Source: Promethearchaeota archaeon
GTDB lineage: Archaea > Asgardarchaeota > Lokiarchaeia > Sigyniarchaeales > SOKP01
Length of the DNA: 64,000 nucleotides
Direction of reading: 5' to 3'
Assembly: GCA_048941285.1 (NCBI GenBank)
Contig: JBHLNS010000005.1
Coordinates: forward strand, 1 to 64,000
The notes under the pieces were generated by a model. It saw only the letters and a list, made by a program, of their open reading frames with translations, made no database searches and was not told the DNA's origin. Position numbers and translations under genes: made by a program. Positions 28,669-39,192 of the stretch are shown here, piece by piece; position 1 is the first letter of the stretch, and every line of letters begins with the position of its first letter.

Positions 28669-30912
28669 TTAATATGAAAGGTGTGTACAGCTCATATTGA
28701 CTAATCTTGGTAATATTATACACGAGGGATAATCTGGGCTAGTAAGTAAAGTATTATTTGCTATATTATATTTTAGATAATTGGTTGCGAGAGGAGCCCC
28801 AGTGTTTGGGTTTGCTGCAAAACGAGCGTAATTTGAACTCGATATGGCTACTCGAATTTTATGTCCGGGAGCAAATACATAGGCAGTAGACCAGCAATCG
28901 ACTAATAATTCATAGACATCTATGATGTTCCCCGACATAAAGACATCAGATGTGTAGTTATATCTTGATCTAGCTGTTAAGGACCCGTCTGTTATTAGCA
29001 TTGAACGCCCATCGGGGTATACATCAGTTAATTTAACTGTGAAATCTGTATCTGTACAGTTTGAAGTTACATATAAATTACCCCAAATTCTTCCTACAAT
29101 TTCCACAGCTTCCAATAATTCGGAAGTTTCAAAAATTAACACATCAGGCCTATTTTCAATAGGTCTTTGATCGTAAGGACCTTCAAGATCAAATGGTTCA
29201 TTTTGGCCACCTCTGTTTGGTACAGGATCTCGCGGATCATAAGAATAGCTAAAATTTTTATTTACAAGTGGAAGTGTACTATTGACTAAACCACCTGCAG
29301 AGGTAAAGTACCACTTATCTTCAACGTAGTCAAGTGGCCAGTCATATGCATATCTCCAGTAATTCCACTCATCTGAAGGTGTATCAACATCACCCATTAA
29401 ATAATAAGCGACTCTTGCTCCATCCCAATTTATAGATCTGCTTAAAAGAGCATAATCAAAAACATCTTGTTCCCACGCAAAAGCTAAATCAAATCCTATC
29501 GAATTTTTTGGATATGTTAATTCTCCTTGTTTAGTTGAATCAAACAAATTAACATGAGTCCATGGTCCCATTATTAGTTTTTGTTTTCCACGAGCATCAG
29601 GAGCACCATAATCATCATATCCAATATAACCATCAATAGTACCTTGAAGAAAGTGGTCGTACCAACCTCCAACATGGATTCCTGCTACAGAAACCTTTGA
29701 ATAATGCGGTCCGATTGGTATTGATAAGGATGTTGAATTATACATTATTTCATTTTTTGGAAATAAACTATATATAGTATTCATATGGTGTTCAAAGTTT
29801 TCAGAAGCTACACCTTCTATCCATGTTTCAACTAAGGATTTATGATAAGATCCTTGATAAATCGCATGATCAAAAAGTTCTGGTGTCCCAAACCATAATT
29901 GTTGCGCTACCAATCCTTTTGGATTCATTCCTGCATAAAAATATTGATTAATACAAAGCGCTGAAGCCCCAGCACTCGCTATTTTACCATTGCACCAACT
30001 TTGATTCATTATCCAATAGATGGTATCAACACCATCTTGATATGATTTAGAAAATATCAAGAAATTGGCACCACCTTCTGAATCATGAGTTCCTCTTAAA
30101 TCTTGCATAACTAAATGATAATCTTGTGTAGAATAGAAAGTTCTATAGATATCCATTCCATTTTTGCCATATGGGGTTCTAATTAGAATAACTGGTCTAG
30201 GTGCACCAAATGAACCGGGAGCAAGATAAACGTCAGTAGCTAATCTTATCCCATCTCTCATTTCTATCATATGAGTCTTTTTATTTGGAGGAGCATAAGT
30301 AGCAGATACAGAAAGAATAGTCGTTGGGGTAGCAACTAATAAAAATATTATTACAATTTGAGCTGCTTTTGGGAATTTATTAAAATATCTTTTGTTATAT
30401 TTTTCTAATAATTTAGAGAGTGAAAGAGTAGAGGTTTTTATCCCATAATGTAAATAAACTAATAAACTAATTCCAACTGCCGCAATTGAATAATAATCGA
30501 CTTCAATTAAGAGAAACCAAATAATTCCAACAAATGGAGCAAGAATATTAATTAATCTTGATAAAAATATAAATATTTTTGACCTTAGATTTTCTCCTAT
30601 TTGTTTAATAAAGTTGCTGCTCACTAATAGCGAATAGAAACATATAAAAATTGTTATTGGGTAGAATATCATTCCAAAAAGTACTATAGAAATTTGTTTA
30701 ATACAAAAATATACTTTCTCTGATTTTGTGAATAATTTTACTCCTTCTTCTAATTCTTTATTATGATCCTTATAATAGTTGAAATAATAAGTGATGACAT
30801 ATAATCCGCGGAATATTACTAATAATAACAAATTTGTAATGAATATTTGTTCGATTTTAAGATACCCTAAAGTATAAAGTTGAAAAAATATCATTATAAT
30901 CCAATTAATCAT
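28669..30912 (-). CDS. CocE/NonD family hydrolase with an N-terminal membrane domain
   Basis: MRDGIRLATDVY, RTPYGK, D.RG...SEG, GASAL, GGWYD, GPWTH and TDFTVKLTDVYPDG motifs. ATG 30912 preferred over TTG 30981, which overlaps the divergent gene. Confidence 0.85.
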   Translation of the reverse strand: MINWIIMIFFQLYTLGYLKIEQIFITNLLLLVIFRGLYVITYYFNYYKDHNKELEEGVKLFTKSEKVYFCIKQISIVLFGMIFYPITIFICFYSLLVSSNFIKQIGENLRSKIFIFLSRLINILAPFVGIIWFLLIEVDYYSIAAVGISLLVYLHYGIKTSTLSLSKLLEKYNKRYFNKFPKAAQIVIIFLLVATPTTILSVSATYAPPNKKTHMIEMRDGIRLATDVYLAPGSFGAPRPVILIRTPYGKNGMDIYRTFYSTQDYHLVMQDLRGTHDSEGGANFLIFSKSYQDGVDTIYWIMNQSWCNGKIASAGASALCINQYFYAGMNPKGLVAQQLWFGTPELFDHAIYQGSYHKSLVETWIEGVASENFEHHMNTIYSLFPKNEIMYNSTSLSIPIGPHYSKVSVAGIHVGGWYDHFLQGTIDGYIGYDDYGAPDARGKQKLIMGPWTHVNLFDSTKQGELTYPKNSIGFDLAFAWEQDVFDYALLSRSINWDGARVAYYLMGDVDTPSDEWNYWRYAYDWPLDYVEDKWYFTSAGGLVNSTLPLVNKNFSYSYDPRDPVPNRGGQNEPFDLEGPYDQRPIENRPDVLIFETSELLEAVEIVGRIWGNLYVTSNCTDTDFTVKLTDVYPDGRSMLITDGSLTARSRYNYTSDVFMSGNIIDVYELLVDCWSTAYVFAPGHKIRVAISSSNYARFAANPNTGAPLATNYLKYNIANNTLLTSPDYPSCIILPRLVNMSCTHLSY

Positions 30913-30975
30913 AAACTTATATTGAGACTTAAATATTAATAAAATTATCTGCAATTTCTTGAGAGTTAAATTCAA

Positions 30976-32415
30976 ATGCAAAAGGAGATTCAGAATTTAA
31001 AAGATAATAAACATCGAAGATCTTTAGGAGCCCATTTAACTTCAAGAGACGTTTTTTTAAAACATATATTTCCCGCAATTAAAACTTTGTTGTGGAAATA
31101 TACTTGGATAGATTTATATGCTGGTGAAGGAAATTTAATTTTACCTATTTTAAACTCAATTCCAGTCGAGAAAAGAATTCCATTTTTCAAAGAGCATATT
31201 TATTTATTTGATATTCAATCTGAAATGGTTCAAAAATGCATCGTTAATGCTAAACATTACAATATCCCTTTAAATATTGCACAAAAAAACATTCAATTAC
31301 GAAATAATTTAAATAACTTTCCTGAGTTTTTGAAAAGTGCACAATTTCCTTTATTTCACATAACTAACCCACCATATTTATATTTAGGATATATTAGAAA
31401 GCATAAAGAGACTCAAAAATACTTAGATTACTTTAAGGGAAAAAATTATGGTTATCAAGATTTGTACCAAATTGCTATGATAAATGACTTGAGAAACAAG
31501 ATCGAGAATCTAATTTACATTATTCCATCAAATTTCTTATATGGTGCATCCGTTTCCAATAAATTTCGTATAGATTTCCTTGAATATTATAAAATTACTA
31601 AAATGATAATATTTGAAATAAAAATATTCAAACATACGGGAACAAACATCTGTATCGGTTTTTTTCAAAGGAAAAATTCTCCCAAGTCTGAAAATGTAGA
31701 ATTTGAAGGCATTAAAATAAGAAAGCAAAACGATATTATAACAAAAAGATACACTCTTAAACCACAATTTAAATATCGTGCTGGATCTGACTTCGATAAA
31801 TTCCTAAATGAATATCATGCTCCAACACCCTTAAATATAAAATATTATTTGTTAAGCAACGATGTATTGAAAAATTCCGGGGATAATGAAGTTCAAGTGG
31901 TTGATGCTAATAATTACCAGAATAATGAATACAAGAAATTAATCATATATATTAATGATTATCTAAAAAATAAGCTTCAATCAAACATTTTATATATTCG
32001 TACAGTAGACACAGGTTCCTTTGAAGGAAGAGTTGGATTAGGAGTGATTAGCGAAGATTTTGAAGTTAATGGGATATATGTTTCAGCCAATACATATCGA
32101 ACTCATCCAATTCAAATATTCTTTGAGCCCAAAATTCCTATCTATGAACAGAAATTATTGAAAAACTATTTTAATTTTATATTAGAGGTTTTTAGAAAGA
32201 AATTGGATAGTGAATTCCTCACAACTTATAAATATTCTGATGCTCAGTACACGAGAAAATATTTAGGTTTAACTCAAGTAAGAAAATTGATCCAAACCTT
32301 CCCTTATCATGAAAGAGATAATAAATTTAGGATTAAATTGAATGATTTAATTGAGAATAAAGATTTCATTGGTCTGTTAGAATTATTAAACGCTAGCCAG
32401 GATAAAAGCAAATAA
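30976..32415 (+). CDS. Orphan N6-adenine DNA methyltransferase
   Basis: Motif I DLYAGEG, motif IV TNPPY, DLYQ and IIPSNFL. Confidence 0.8.
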   Translation: MQKEIQNLKDNKHRRSLGAHLTSRDVFLKHIFPAIKTLLWKYTWIDLYAGEGNLILPILNSIPVEKRIPFFKEHIYLFDIQSEMVQKCIVNAKHYNIPLNIAQKNIQLRNNLNNFPEFLKSAQFPLFHITNPPYLYLGYIRKHKETQKYLDYFKGKNYGYQDLYQIAMINDLRNKIENLIYIIPSNFLYGASVSNKFRIDFLEYYKITKMIIFEIKIFKHTGTNICIGFFQRKNSPKSENVEFEGIKIRKQNDIITKRYTLKPQFKYRAGSDFDKFLNEYHAPTPLNIKYYLLSNDVLKNSGDNEVQVVDANNYQNNEYKKLIIYINDYLKNKLQSNILYIRTVDTGSFEGRVGLGVISEDFEVNGIYVSANTYRTHPIQIFFEPKIPIYEQKLLKNYFNFILEVFRKKLDSEFLTTYKYSDAQYTRKYLGLTQVRKLIQTFPYHERDNKFRIKLNDLIENKDFIGLLELLNASQDKSK

Positions 32416-33258
32416 TCCAAGAAACATGGATACTTTTAATATCAAACTGATTTTTTTAAAGTCTTTTCTTGCTAAATTCCTTTTAAGCATTAATATTACT
32501 GCATATGAAACTACTGCTAACCCAAAAACCATTGAAACTAAAAACAACATATGATTCATAATGTTAGTGAAATATGGTAATATGAAGAAAATTATAGCTA
32601 AAAATGCAAATATCAGAGATAATATTGTCGCTTTTTTAATACCAATCCGAATTGCTAAGGTTTTAACGCCTTCTTTTTTATCTCCTTCAAGATCTTCACA
32701 ACCTTTAATTACTTCTCGAGAAAGCAAAAGGAAAAATGACGTTAAAAAGAAGAAATATATATATGGGGGCACATTTGAATTGTTTAGAACAGCCCCATAA
32801 ATAAGTCCAATTGAAAAGGAAATACTCACAATTATATTTCCAATGAATCCACTTTTTTTACCCCAAGCAGCGTATAACCATCCCATAAAAGCAAAAAAAA
32901 CAGCTATAATAATATTCCAGTATCCAATATTAAATAAGATACTATGAAGTATTGCAAAACTAATCCCGATTAAAGAGGTCGCTATCCATAAAGTGATTGC
33001 TTGTTTTAATGTAATTGAACCTCTAGGTATTGGTCTTTCAGGACGATTTATTTTGTCGATTTCTATATCATAATAATCATTTATAACCATTCCTGAACCC
33101 GCTATAAAAAAGTATGTAATAACACCAAGAATTATATTTAAAATTAGGATTGTTGGATCGATGCCTGTTCTTGTATTTAAAATACCGATAATAACAGTTA
33201 AACTTCCCATAATATCATTAATAGGACGAAGAATTTCAATGGTGTCTTTAAGTTTCAT
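32386..33258 (-). CDS. Digeranylgeranylglyceryl phosphate synthase (UbiA family)
   Basis: RP.N, NDYYD.EIDKINRPERPIPRG and REVIK..ED.EGD...G..TL motifs. Confidence 0.9.
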   Translation of the reverse strand: MKLKDTIEILRPINDIMGSLTVIIGILNTRTGIDPTILILNIILGVITYFFIAGSGMVINDYYDIEIDKINRPERPIPRGSITLKQAITLWIATSLIGISFAILHSILFNIGYWNIIIAVFFAFMGWLYAAWGKKSGFIGNIIVSISFSIGLIYGAVLNNSNVPPYIYFFFLTSFFLLLSREVIKGCEDLEGDKKEGVKTLAIRIGIKKATILSLIFAFLAIIFFILPYFTNIMNHMLFLVSMVFGLAVVSYAVILMLKRNLARKDFKKISLILKVSMFLGLFAFILASV

Positions 33259-33271
33259 GATTATTTCATAT

Positions 33272-34090
33272 TTATTTTATTGAATACTTCTTTTTTTTAG
33301 TTTGACCCGCATCTTTAATCTCATTAATTATATCCTTTAATGTATTTCCATTATCTTTTAGTACGTTATTCTCTATGAAAGTGCCCATAACGACAATATC
33401 AGCCCCTGCTTCAACAAAAGCTCTCGCATCTTCCTCATTTTCAACTCCACCTCCAGCAATTATTGGTATATTTAAGATTGAGGAACATGTTTTAATGTGT
33501 TCGATTGGAATCTTTTCACTACCAGACCCCGCTTCTAAATATAGGAGCTTAAAACCCATCATTTCAGCGGCTAAAGCGTATGCAAGGGTTAATTTAGGTT
33601 TTTTTCTAGGTAATAAATTTGCTTTTCCAATCCAACCTGCCGTTGCTCCAGGTTCAATTATTAAGTAAGCCATTGAAATATATTCTAAATTATAGGATTT
33701 AATTGTATAAGAAGCAAGAGCTTGTTGACCAATAATAAAATATGGATCAGATGAATTTAACAATGACATGAAAAAAATAGCATCAGCATATTGAGATATA
33801 TTACTAATACCCCCGGGAAAAATAATAATAGGTACTTTTACTTGACTTTTTATTGCTAGAATTGTTTTGTCAACGAAATTTTGATCAAACACAGTACTAC
33901 CTCCAATTAAGATCCCATCCGTTCCGGCATCTTCAGCATATTTTGCCATCTTTGCTGCTTTACTTGGACCTTGTCTTAAAGGATCTGGATCTATTAGAGA
34001 AAAATGTAAAGCGCCCTCATTATTGATCTTTTTAATTAGATACTCATATGTACTTCTCTCAATATATTCATCAATTACAATATCAACCAT
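33272..34090 (-). CDS. Geranylgeranylglyceryl phosphate synthase
   Basis: LIDPD, IGGST, IFPG, SLLNS, YLEAGSG and GGG motifs. Confidence 0.92.
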   Translation of the reverse strand: MVDIVIDEYIERSTYEYLIKKINNEGALHFSLIDPDPLRQGPSKAAKMAKYAEDAGTDGILIGGSTVFDQNFVDKTILAIKSQVKVPIIIFPGGISNISQYADAIFFMSLLNSSDPYFIIGQQALASYTIKSYNLEYISMAYLIIEPGATAGWIGKANLLPRKKPKLTLAYALAAEMMGFKLLYLEAGSGSEKIPIEHIKTCSSILNIPIIAGGGVENEEDARAFVEAGADIVVMGTFIENNVLKDNGNTLKDIINEIKDAGQTKKKKYSIK

Positions 34091-34095
34091 TTATT

Positions 34096-35499
34096 TCACA
34101 TATTTATGCTTATTTGTTTTTTTTGTATAGCCAGTTTTTTAATTTTATTATAGATTTCAATTACTTTTTCTTTCCAAACTGGAAATAATTCTAATGTTCG
34201 GGGAAAATTTTTATATAGCTTAGAGATTTCTTTCATTTTTATTCTTAGAAAGTTTAAATCCAATAACAAATTTGGACGAGAAATCCCTTTAAATGCTTTA
34301 ACCGCCATATCAAATATAGACAAATTTAAACCTCCAGTTGAAGAGATTTCTAAAATTTCTTCTCCATTTAATAAATCACGTTCTAAACCAAAATTCAAAT
34401 CTTCATTAGAAAGAGACTGAAGAACAATTCTTAATAAGTCTAATGAGGCAAATTCTGCTCCAAAACTTGACATTACGTTATAGTTATAATCCCATAAATG
34501 GTCTTTTGAATTATTATCAATCTCTATAGCATGAATGGCTGAATTTGCTGCGTGATATCCTGCTCTCATTGAGGGATCTATCCCACCACCATGAAGTGGG
34601 TTAACTTGACATGCCGCATCACCGACAAGTATAAATCCATTATCAATACATGACCATAATGGCCTCCTTACAGGAACAACACCTCCACCTGAAGATAGAA
34701 TATTAAAATTTTGAGTTTTCACAAACTCTTGAAATACATTTTTTTTATAGAGATCTTTTACTTTACCTCGATATTCCATAAAAGTTCCGATTCCGATATT
34801 AATAGCAGACTTACTTTTTGGAAAATACCAAATATATCCTCCCGGGGCTTTCTCTTGATCAAGAATTATTGTTATATATTCAGGATCTTGAACTTGTTGT
34901 TCTTTTGATGAAAATTTTACAATTTCACGATAACATAATATGCTATCTTCCTTCTGAACTTGGTTTTCAATTAAAGAACTTTTTACTTTCTTTCTTAAAG
35001 GAGAATAAAAACCGGTAGCATCAATTAAGATTTTTGCTTTTAGATTTATTTTTTCACCATTTTTCAACTTAGCTCGAAGCCCAATAATATTTCCATTTTT
35101 GTACAATAAATCTAAAGCCATAGTATTATCCAAGAATTGGCTTACTCCAGCATCGAGAGCCTCATTTAATAATCTTTGTCCAAATTCTAATCTATTTACG
35201 ATATACCCTGCTTGTTTTGGGTCTATTAAAGAAATACACTTTTTAAGATTTGGTGAGTATAGTTTCGCTCCTTTTATATGACATGAGAGTTCTTCATTTT
35301 TAGGGTGATTAATCTTTAAAAAATCAAAAATTTCATTTCCTACAGCATCACCACATATTTTATCTCCAATCTTCTCTCTCTGTTTTCCATCAATTAAACA
35401 TACATTTAAACCCTTTTTTGAAGCAAATCTAGCAGCAGTTGTACCACCCGTTCCAGCACCAGCTACTATTACATCAAAGGATTTTTGTATATTTTCCAT
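34096..35499 (-). CDS. Geranylgeranyl reductase (DGGGPL reductase family)
   Basis: GAGTGG, CGDA, PGGY.WYFP and GDAA..VNP.HGGGI motifs. Confidence 0.9.
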   Translation of the reverse strand: MENIQKSFDVIVAGAGTGGTTAARFASKKGLNVCLIDGKQREKIGDKICGDAVGNEIFDFLKINHPKNEELSCHIKGAKLYSPNLKKCISLIDPKQAGYIVNRLEFGQRLLNEALDAGVSQFLDNTMALDLLYKNGNIIGLRAKLKNGEKINLKAKILIDATGFYSPLRKKVKSSLIENQVQKEDSILCYREIVKFSSKEQQVQDPEYITIILDQEKAPGGYIWYFPKSKSAINIGIGTFMEYRGKVKDLYKKNVFQEFVKTQNFNILSSGGGVVPVRRPLWSCIDNGFILVGDAACQVNPLHGGGIDPSMRAGYHAANSAIHAIEIDNNSKDHLWDYNYNVMSSFGAEFASLDLLRIVLQSLSNEDLNFGLERDLLNGEEILEISSTGGLNLSIFDMAVKAFKGISRPNLLLDLNFLRIKMKEISKLYKNFPRTLELFPVWKEKVIEIYNKIKKLAIQKKQISINM

Positions 35500-35545
35500 G
35501 ATTAGTGATTTTGTGATTTTGAATAGTTATTAGGATATAATAATG

Positions 35546-36295
35546 TTAAAGTAAAGTTAGAAGATATATTATAATTGTACTACCTAAAGGAACTGTCAAA
35601 TCATCGTAAGTGCTAGGTGAAAATAGTTCGATTATTGTTGCTATTGCACCTGTAATTAAAGAATAAATTAAAATAGTAGGCAATGGTAAAGGATCTTGAA
35701 AAGTAGGAATTAAAAGACCGAATAAGAAAAACGAAAGGAAACATAACAAAAATGCTGTTACAAAAAAGGTTAACGACCCCTCAAGTGTTCTTTTTGAATT
35801 AGTCCAATGTAAACTTATACTTATCTTTCCCCAACGTTTTCCTATAACTGAAGCTAAAGTATCGGCAACTATCATTAATAATATTCCTGCTATTGGAAAA
35901 TAAAATTGATTTGGAGCAAAAACTCCGAAAATTAATACTAAGGATGTAATAGAAAGACAATAAAAAAATGGACCTTGAAGAAAAGCTCGTTTTAGACTTT
36001 CTTCTTGTTCTTCAGAGATTGCATTGTAAAGATCTTTAAGTTGCTTCACTTTTGATTTTTTTGAACTAAAATATACAAACACAGTTAAAGTGCCTGCTAT
36101 AATTGTTGGCCAAAATGGCCAAAAATAAAAGGGTGAGGTTAAGATCGCTAATCCCGCAAACATATGAATTGCTTTTCGAGCAGCAAACTTAGTGATTTTT
36201 TCTTTCTTATATAAAATCACGGGGATGAATATTGTTAAAAGTACATAAAAGTATGCAATACCGACAATTCCAAGGTCAGTAAAAATATTAACCAT
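35546..36295 (-). CDS. CTP-dependent polyprenol (dolichol/phytol/farnesol) kinase family membrane protein
   Basis: ARKAIH, GP..Y, AD..AS..GKR.G, KRTLEGS and E.......DDLTVP motifs. Confidence 0.85.
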   Translation of the reverse strand: MVNIFTDLGIVGIAYFYVLLTIFIPVILYKKEKITKFAARKAIHMFAGLAILTSPFYFWPFWPTIIAGTLTVFVYFSSKKSKVKQLKDLYNAISEEQEESLKRAFLQGPFFYCLSITSLVLIFGVFAPNQFYFPIAGILLMIVADTLASVIGKRWGKISISLHWTNSKRTLEGSLTFFVTAFLLCFLSFFLFGLLIPTFQDPLPLPTILIYSLITGAIATIIELFSPSTYDDLTVPLGSTIIIYLLTLL

Positions 36296-36470
36296 TTTAG
36301 TATCAATTCCTTTAATTAATAAAGCAAAAAAGTATTCTTACTTTAAAGACTTTATTAACACGTAAGATTTTATTACAAATAAGAATATGAAAATTCTTAT
36401 AATTACGGGATTTAACTATAGAGCTTTTAATAACATTACTTTAAAAAAATTAATTGTCAAAAATCCTTTA

Positions 36471-37679
36471 TTAATTCATACAACAATTTTTATACTTCTT
36501 TCCACTCCCACAGGGACATAAAGAATTACGTCCAATCTTTTTTGTTCTTATTTGGGTTGATATAACTATTCGATTTTGATTTTTTATTTTTTCTGCAATT
36601 ATTTTTAACTGAGGTAAGGCATGTGTAAAAAATTTTTTCCAACCTTTACATAAAACACTGGAACTTTGTGATTTTTGATGGTTTCCAATACGGAATTTCT
36701 GGCAATCTCCATGACACAAATCAGTGAAATTACAAATTCGACAATTTGTATGCCAATCAGATTTATTATGACCAAATTTACGATAAATTGGTGAATTAAG
36801 GATATCTTCCCAATTATCTTCAAGTACATTTCCTAATAATAGATCCTCCTCAACAAAAAAATCGCATGGATAGATATTTCCATCATATTCAATAACAAAA
36901 TATTGACAACAATTTTTTCCCATATGGCAAACGTTATACCTTCCGTAAACTAAATATTCCAAGATTGAATCAAATAGTCTTATTGATATTCGATTTATAT
37001 CTTCTTTTATCCATTCATCAAATAAATTACAAAGAAAAGCGCCCCATTCTTCTCCTTTTATCGAAAAGGATTTAGGATTATTAAACATATCAAATTCTAC
37101 ACAAGGGATATACTGCTGAAAATAAAACCCTTCATCACGGAAATAATGATAAATTTCAGAAGCTTTTCTGACATTCTGATTATTAACTAAGATAAGAATA
37201 TTAAACTCAACATTAGATTCCTTAAGAAGTTCTATACCACGCATTACTAAATTATGAGTTGGTTTTTGATCATATGTTTTCCTATAACAGTCATGGAGAT
37301 AAGGAGGTCCATCTAAGCTAACTCCAAGGAGAAATTTATATTTAGCAAAAAATTTTGCCAAATCAGGTGTTATAAGAGTTCCGTTAGTTTGAAGTCCGTT
37401 ACTTATGATTGCTCCTTTAGGAGCGTACTGTTTCTGAAGATTTATTACTTTTTCCCAAAATTTTAGTCCAAATAAGGTTGGTTCTCCTCCTTGCCATCCA
37501 AAGTTAAATAAATTATTTTGATATGTTTGCATATAACCTGCTATCAAAGCCTCTAAAACTTTATCTGACATTCGAGGCTTCTTCTCAACTCTTTTTAGAT
37601 GATTGATATAAAAACAATAATCGCATCTCAAATTACAGTCCGCAGAAGCAGGTTTTATCAATAATGAAAAAGAATCCAT
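36471..37679 (-). CDS. Anaerobic sulfatase maturase (radical SAM/SPASM) with a C-terminal SEC-C motif
   Basis: KP...CNLRCDYCFY, WQGGEP, QTNG, SLDGP, YPCDF, SPASM cysteines, and GRNSLCPCGSGKKYKNCC. Confidence 0.9.
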   Translation of the reverse strand: MDSFSLLIKPASADCNLRCDYCFYINHLKRVEKKPRMSDKVLEALIAGYMQTYQNNLFNFGWQGGEPTLFGLKFWEKVINLQKQYAPKGAIISNGLQTNGTLITPDLAKFFAKYKFLLGVSLDGPPYLHDCYRKTYDQKPTHNLVMRGIELLKESNVEFNILILVNNQNVRKASEIYHYFRDEGFYFQQYIPCVEFDMFNNPKSFSIKGEEWGAFLCNLFDEWIKEDINRISIRLFDSILEYLVYGRYNVCHMGKNCCQYFVIEYDGNIYPCDFFVEEDLLLGNVLEDNWEDILNSPIYRKFGHNKSDWHTNCRICNFTDLCHGDCQKFRIGNHQKSQSSSVLCKGWKKFFTHALPQLKIIAEKIKNQNRIVISTQIRTKKIGRNSLCPCGSGKKYKNCCMN

Positions 37680-37921
37680 AATAACAATTTTAAATTTATA
37701 CGTTTTACCTTTCTATCTTTAGCAACCATGTCATTTAGTAAGATAATTGATAAAAAGTTTATTCTTACAATAGATTGCGTTTTTTTATGAATAAAATAAA
37801 GGATTTAGATACTAAATCAATTAAAATTATATTTTTGAAAAATAAGTATAAAATCTTATAAAGATTTATAATTCTGAGTCGATTTAATAGAATATTATAT
37901 AAAAATTGTTGATTTTGAATT

Positions 37922-39187
37922 GTGCTTAGAGTTGGATTAATTGGATGTGGGGGTATTGCAAATTTAAATATATTAGGATATCTTCACTCACAAGATGCAG
38001 AAATCGTTGCTGTAACAGATACAAATACTAAAATCGCCGCTGAAAAAATTGAACGTTGGGGATTAAGAACATTAAAAATTTATACAGATTATCGTAAAAT
38101 GATCGATCACGAAGAACTAGATATTGTGGAAATCCTAACTCCTCACCATCTTCATGCAACAATGACAGAATATTGCGCTAAAGCGAGAGTTCCAGGGATT
38201 TCAGTACAAAAACCATTGGCGCATACTATTTCTGATTGTGAAAAAATAATCCAAGTTTGTAAAGAAGAAAGTGTCAAATTGAAGCTTTATGAGAATTTTA
38301 GATTTTACCCGGTATTCATAAAAGCAAAGGAATTATTAGAACAAGGTGTAATAGGACAACTTTTAAATTTTAGATTAATTACGATAGGAACTGGAGGTCC
38401 TAGTATGCCAAGAGATCTCAAAGCCCTTATCTGGCGCCGTAAAACTGACCTATGTGGAGGAGGTCCCTGGATCTATGATGATGGAATCCATAAATTTTCT
38501 ATGGCATTATGGCTAATGGGTGAAGAAAAGGTTGAAACCGTATATTCCTGGATTGATTTCTTTTCTACCGTACAAGATGCACCATGTATCATTTTTTGGA
38601 AATATCCAAGGAAAAACCTGAACGAAGCACCTAAATACGGTTCCATGCAATTCACACTCGCCCCAAATTTATATTATCCAAGCAATTATTATGATTGTGA
38701 TGAATTTATAGAGATTTCAGGAACAAAAGGTATAATGTGGATAAATCAATGCACTTCTGGAGGCAATTTTGTATCTAAAGCACCTCAATTCTCACCAATT
38801 ATAGTAAACACGGGGAATGAAGTTAAAACTTATGGTGAAGATTTACCGCGAGATTGGAGATATTCATTTATTAATTCAACCGAACATTTTATTAAAATTA
38901 TAAAAAATGGAGGAGAACCAATATATACAGGCGAACAAGGTAGAGATTTGTGCATATTTGCTAAAATGCCATATATATCTTATCAACAAAATCGGACTGT
39001 TTTATGGGAAGATATTTCAGTTAAAAGCGAAAAGGATCAATCCTGCATTGTAGAAGACCAAACGGAAGTTGATGGTACTATATACAGGAAATTTTTAAAA
39101 AAAATAAGATTAGATTTCAAAGAAGGCCTGAAACAAGGATTAGAGCACAAAATGTTGAAATATGATAAAGATATATTATTGGAGTGA
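37922..39187 (+). CDS. Gfo/Idh/MocA family oxidoreductase
   Basis: GCGGIA, TPHHLH, QKP, ENFRF and DDGIH motifs. Confidence 0.88.
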   Translation: MLRVGLIGCGGIANLNILGYLHSQDAEIVAVTDTNTKIAAEKIERWGLRTLKIYTDYRKMIDHEELDIVEILTPHHLHATMTEYCAKARVPGISVQKPLAHTISDCEKIIQVCKEESVKLKLYENFRFYPVFIKAKELLEQGVIGQLLNFRLITIGTGGPSMPRDLKALIWRRKTDLCGGGPWIYDDGIHKFSMALWLMGEEKVETVYSWIDFFSTVQDAPCIIFWKYPRKNLNEAPKYGSMQFTLAPNLYYPSNYYDCDEFIEISGTKGIMWINQCTSGGNFVSKAPQFSPIIVNTGNEVKTYGEDLPRDWRYSFINSTEHFIKIIKNGGEPIYTGEQGRDLCIFAKMPYISYQQNRTVLWEDISVKSEKDQSCIVEDQTEVDGTIYRKFLKKIRLDFKEGLKQGLEHKMLKYDKDILLE

Positions 39188-39192
39188 TTTAT

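Noticed and set aside
30913-30981. ORF-track TTG start of the CocE gene overlapping the methyltransferase start
   Set aside because: A head-to-head overlap leaves no promoter space; ATG 30912 or 30894 is more plausible.
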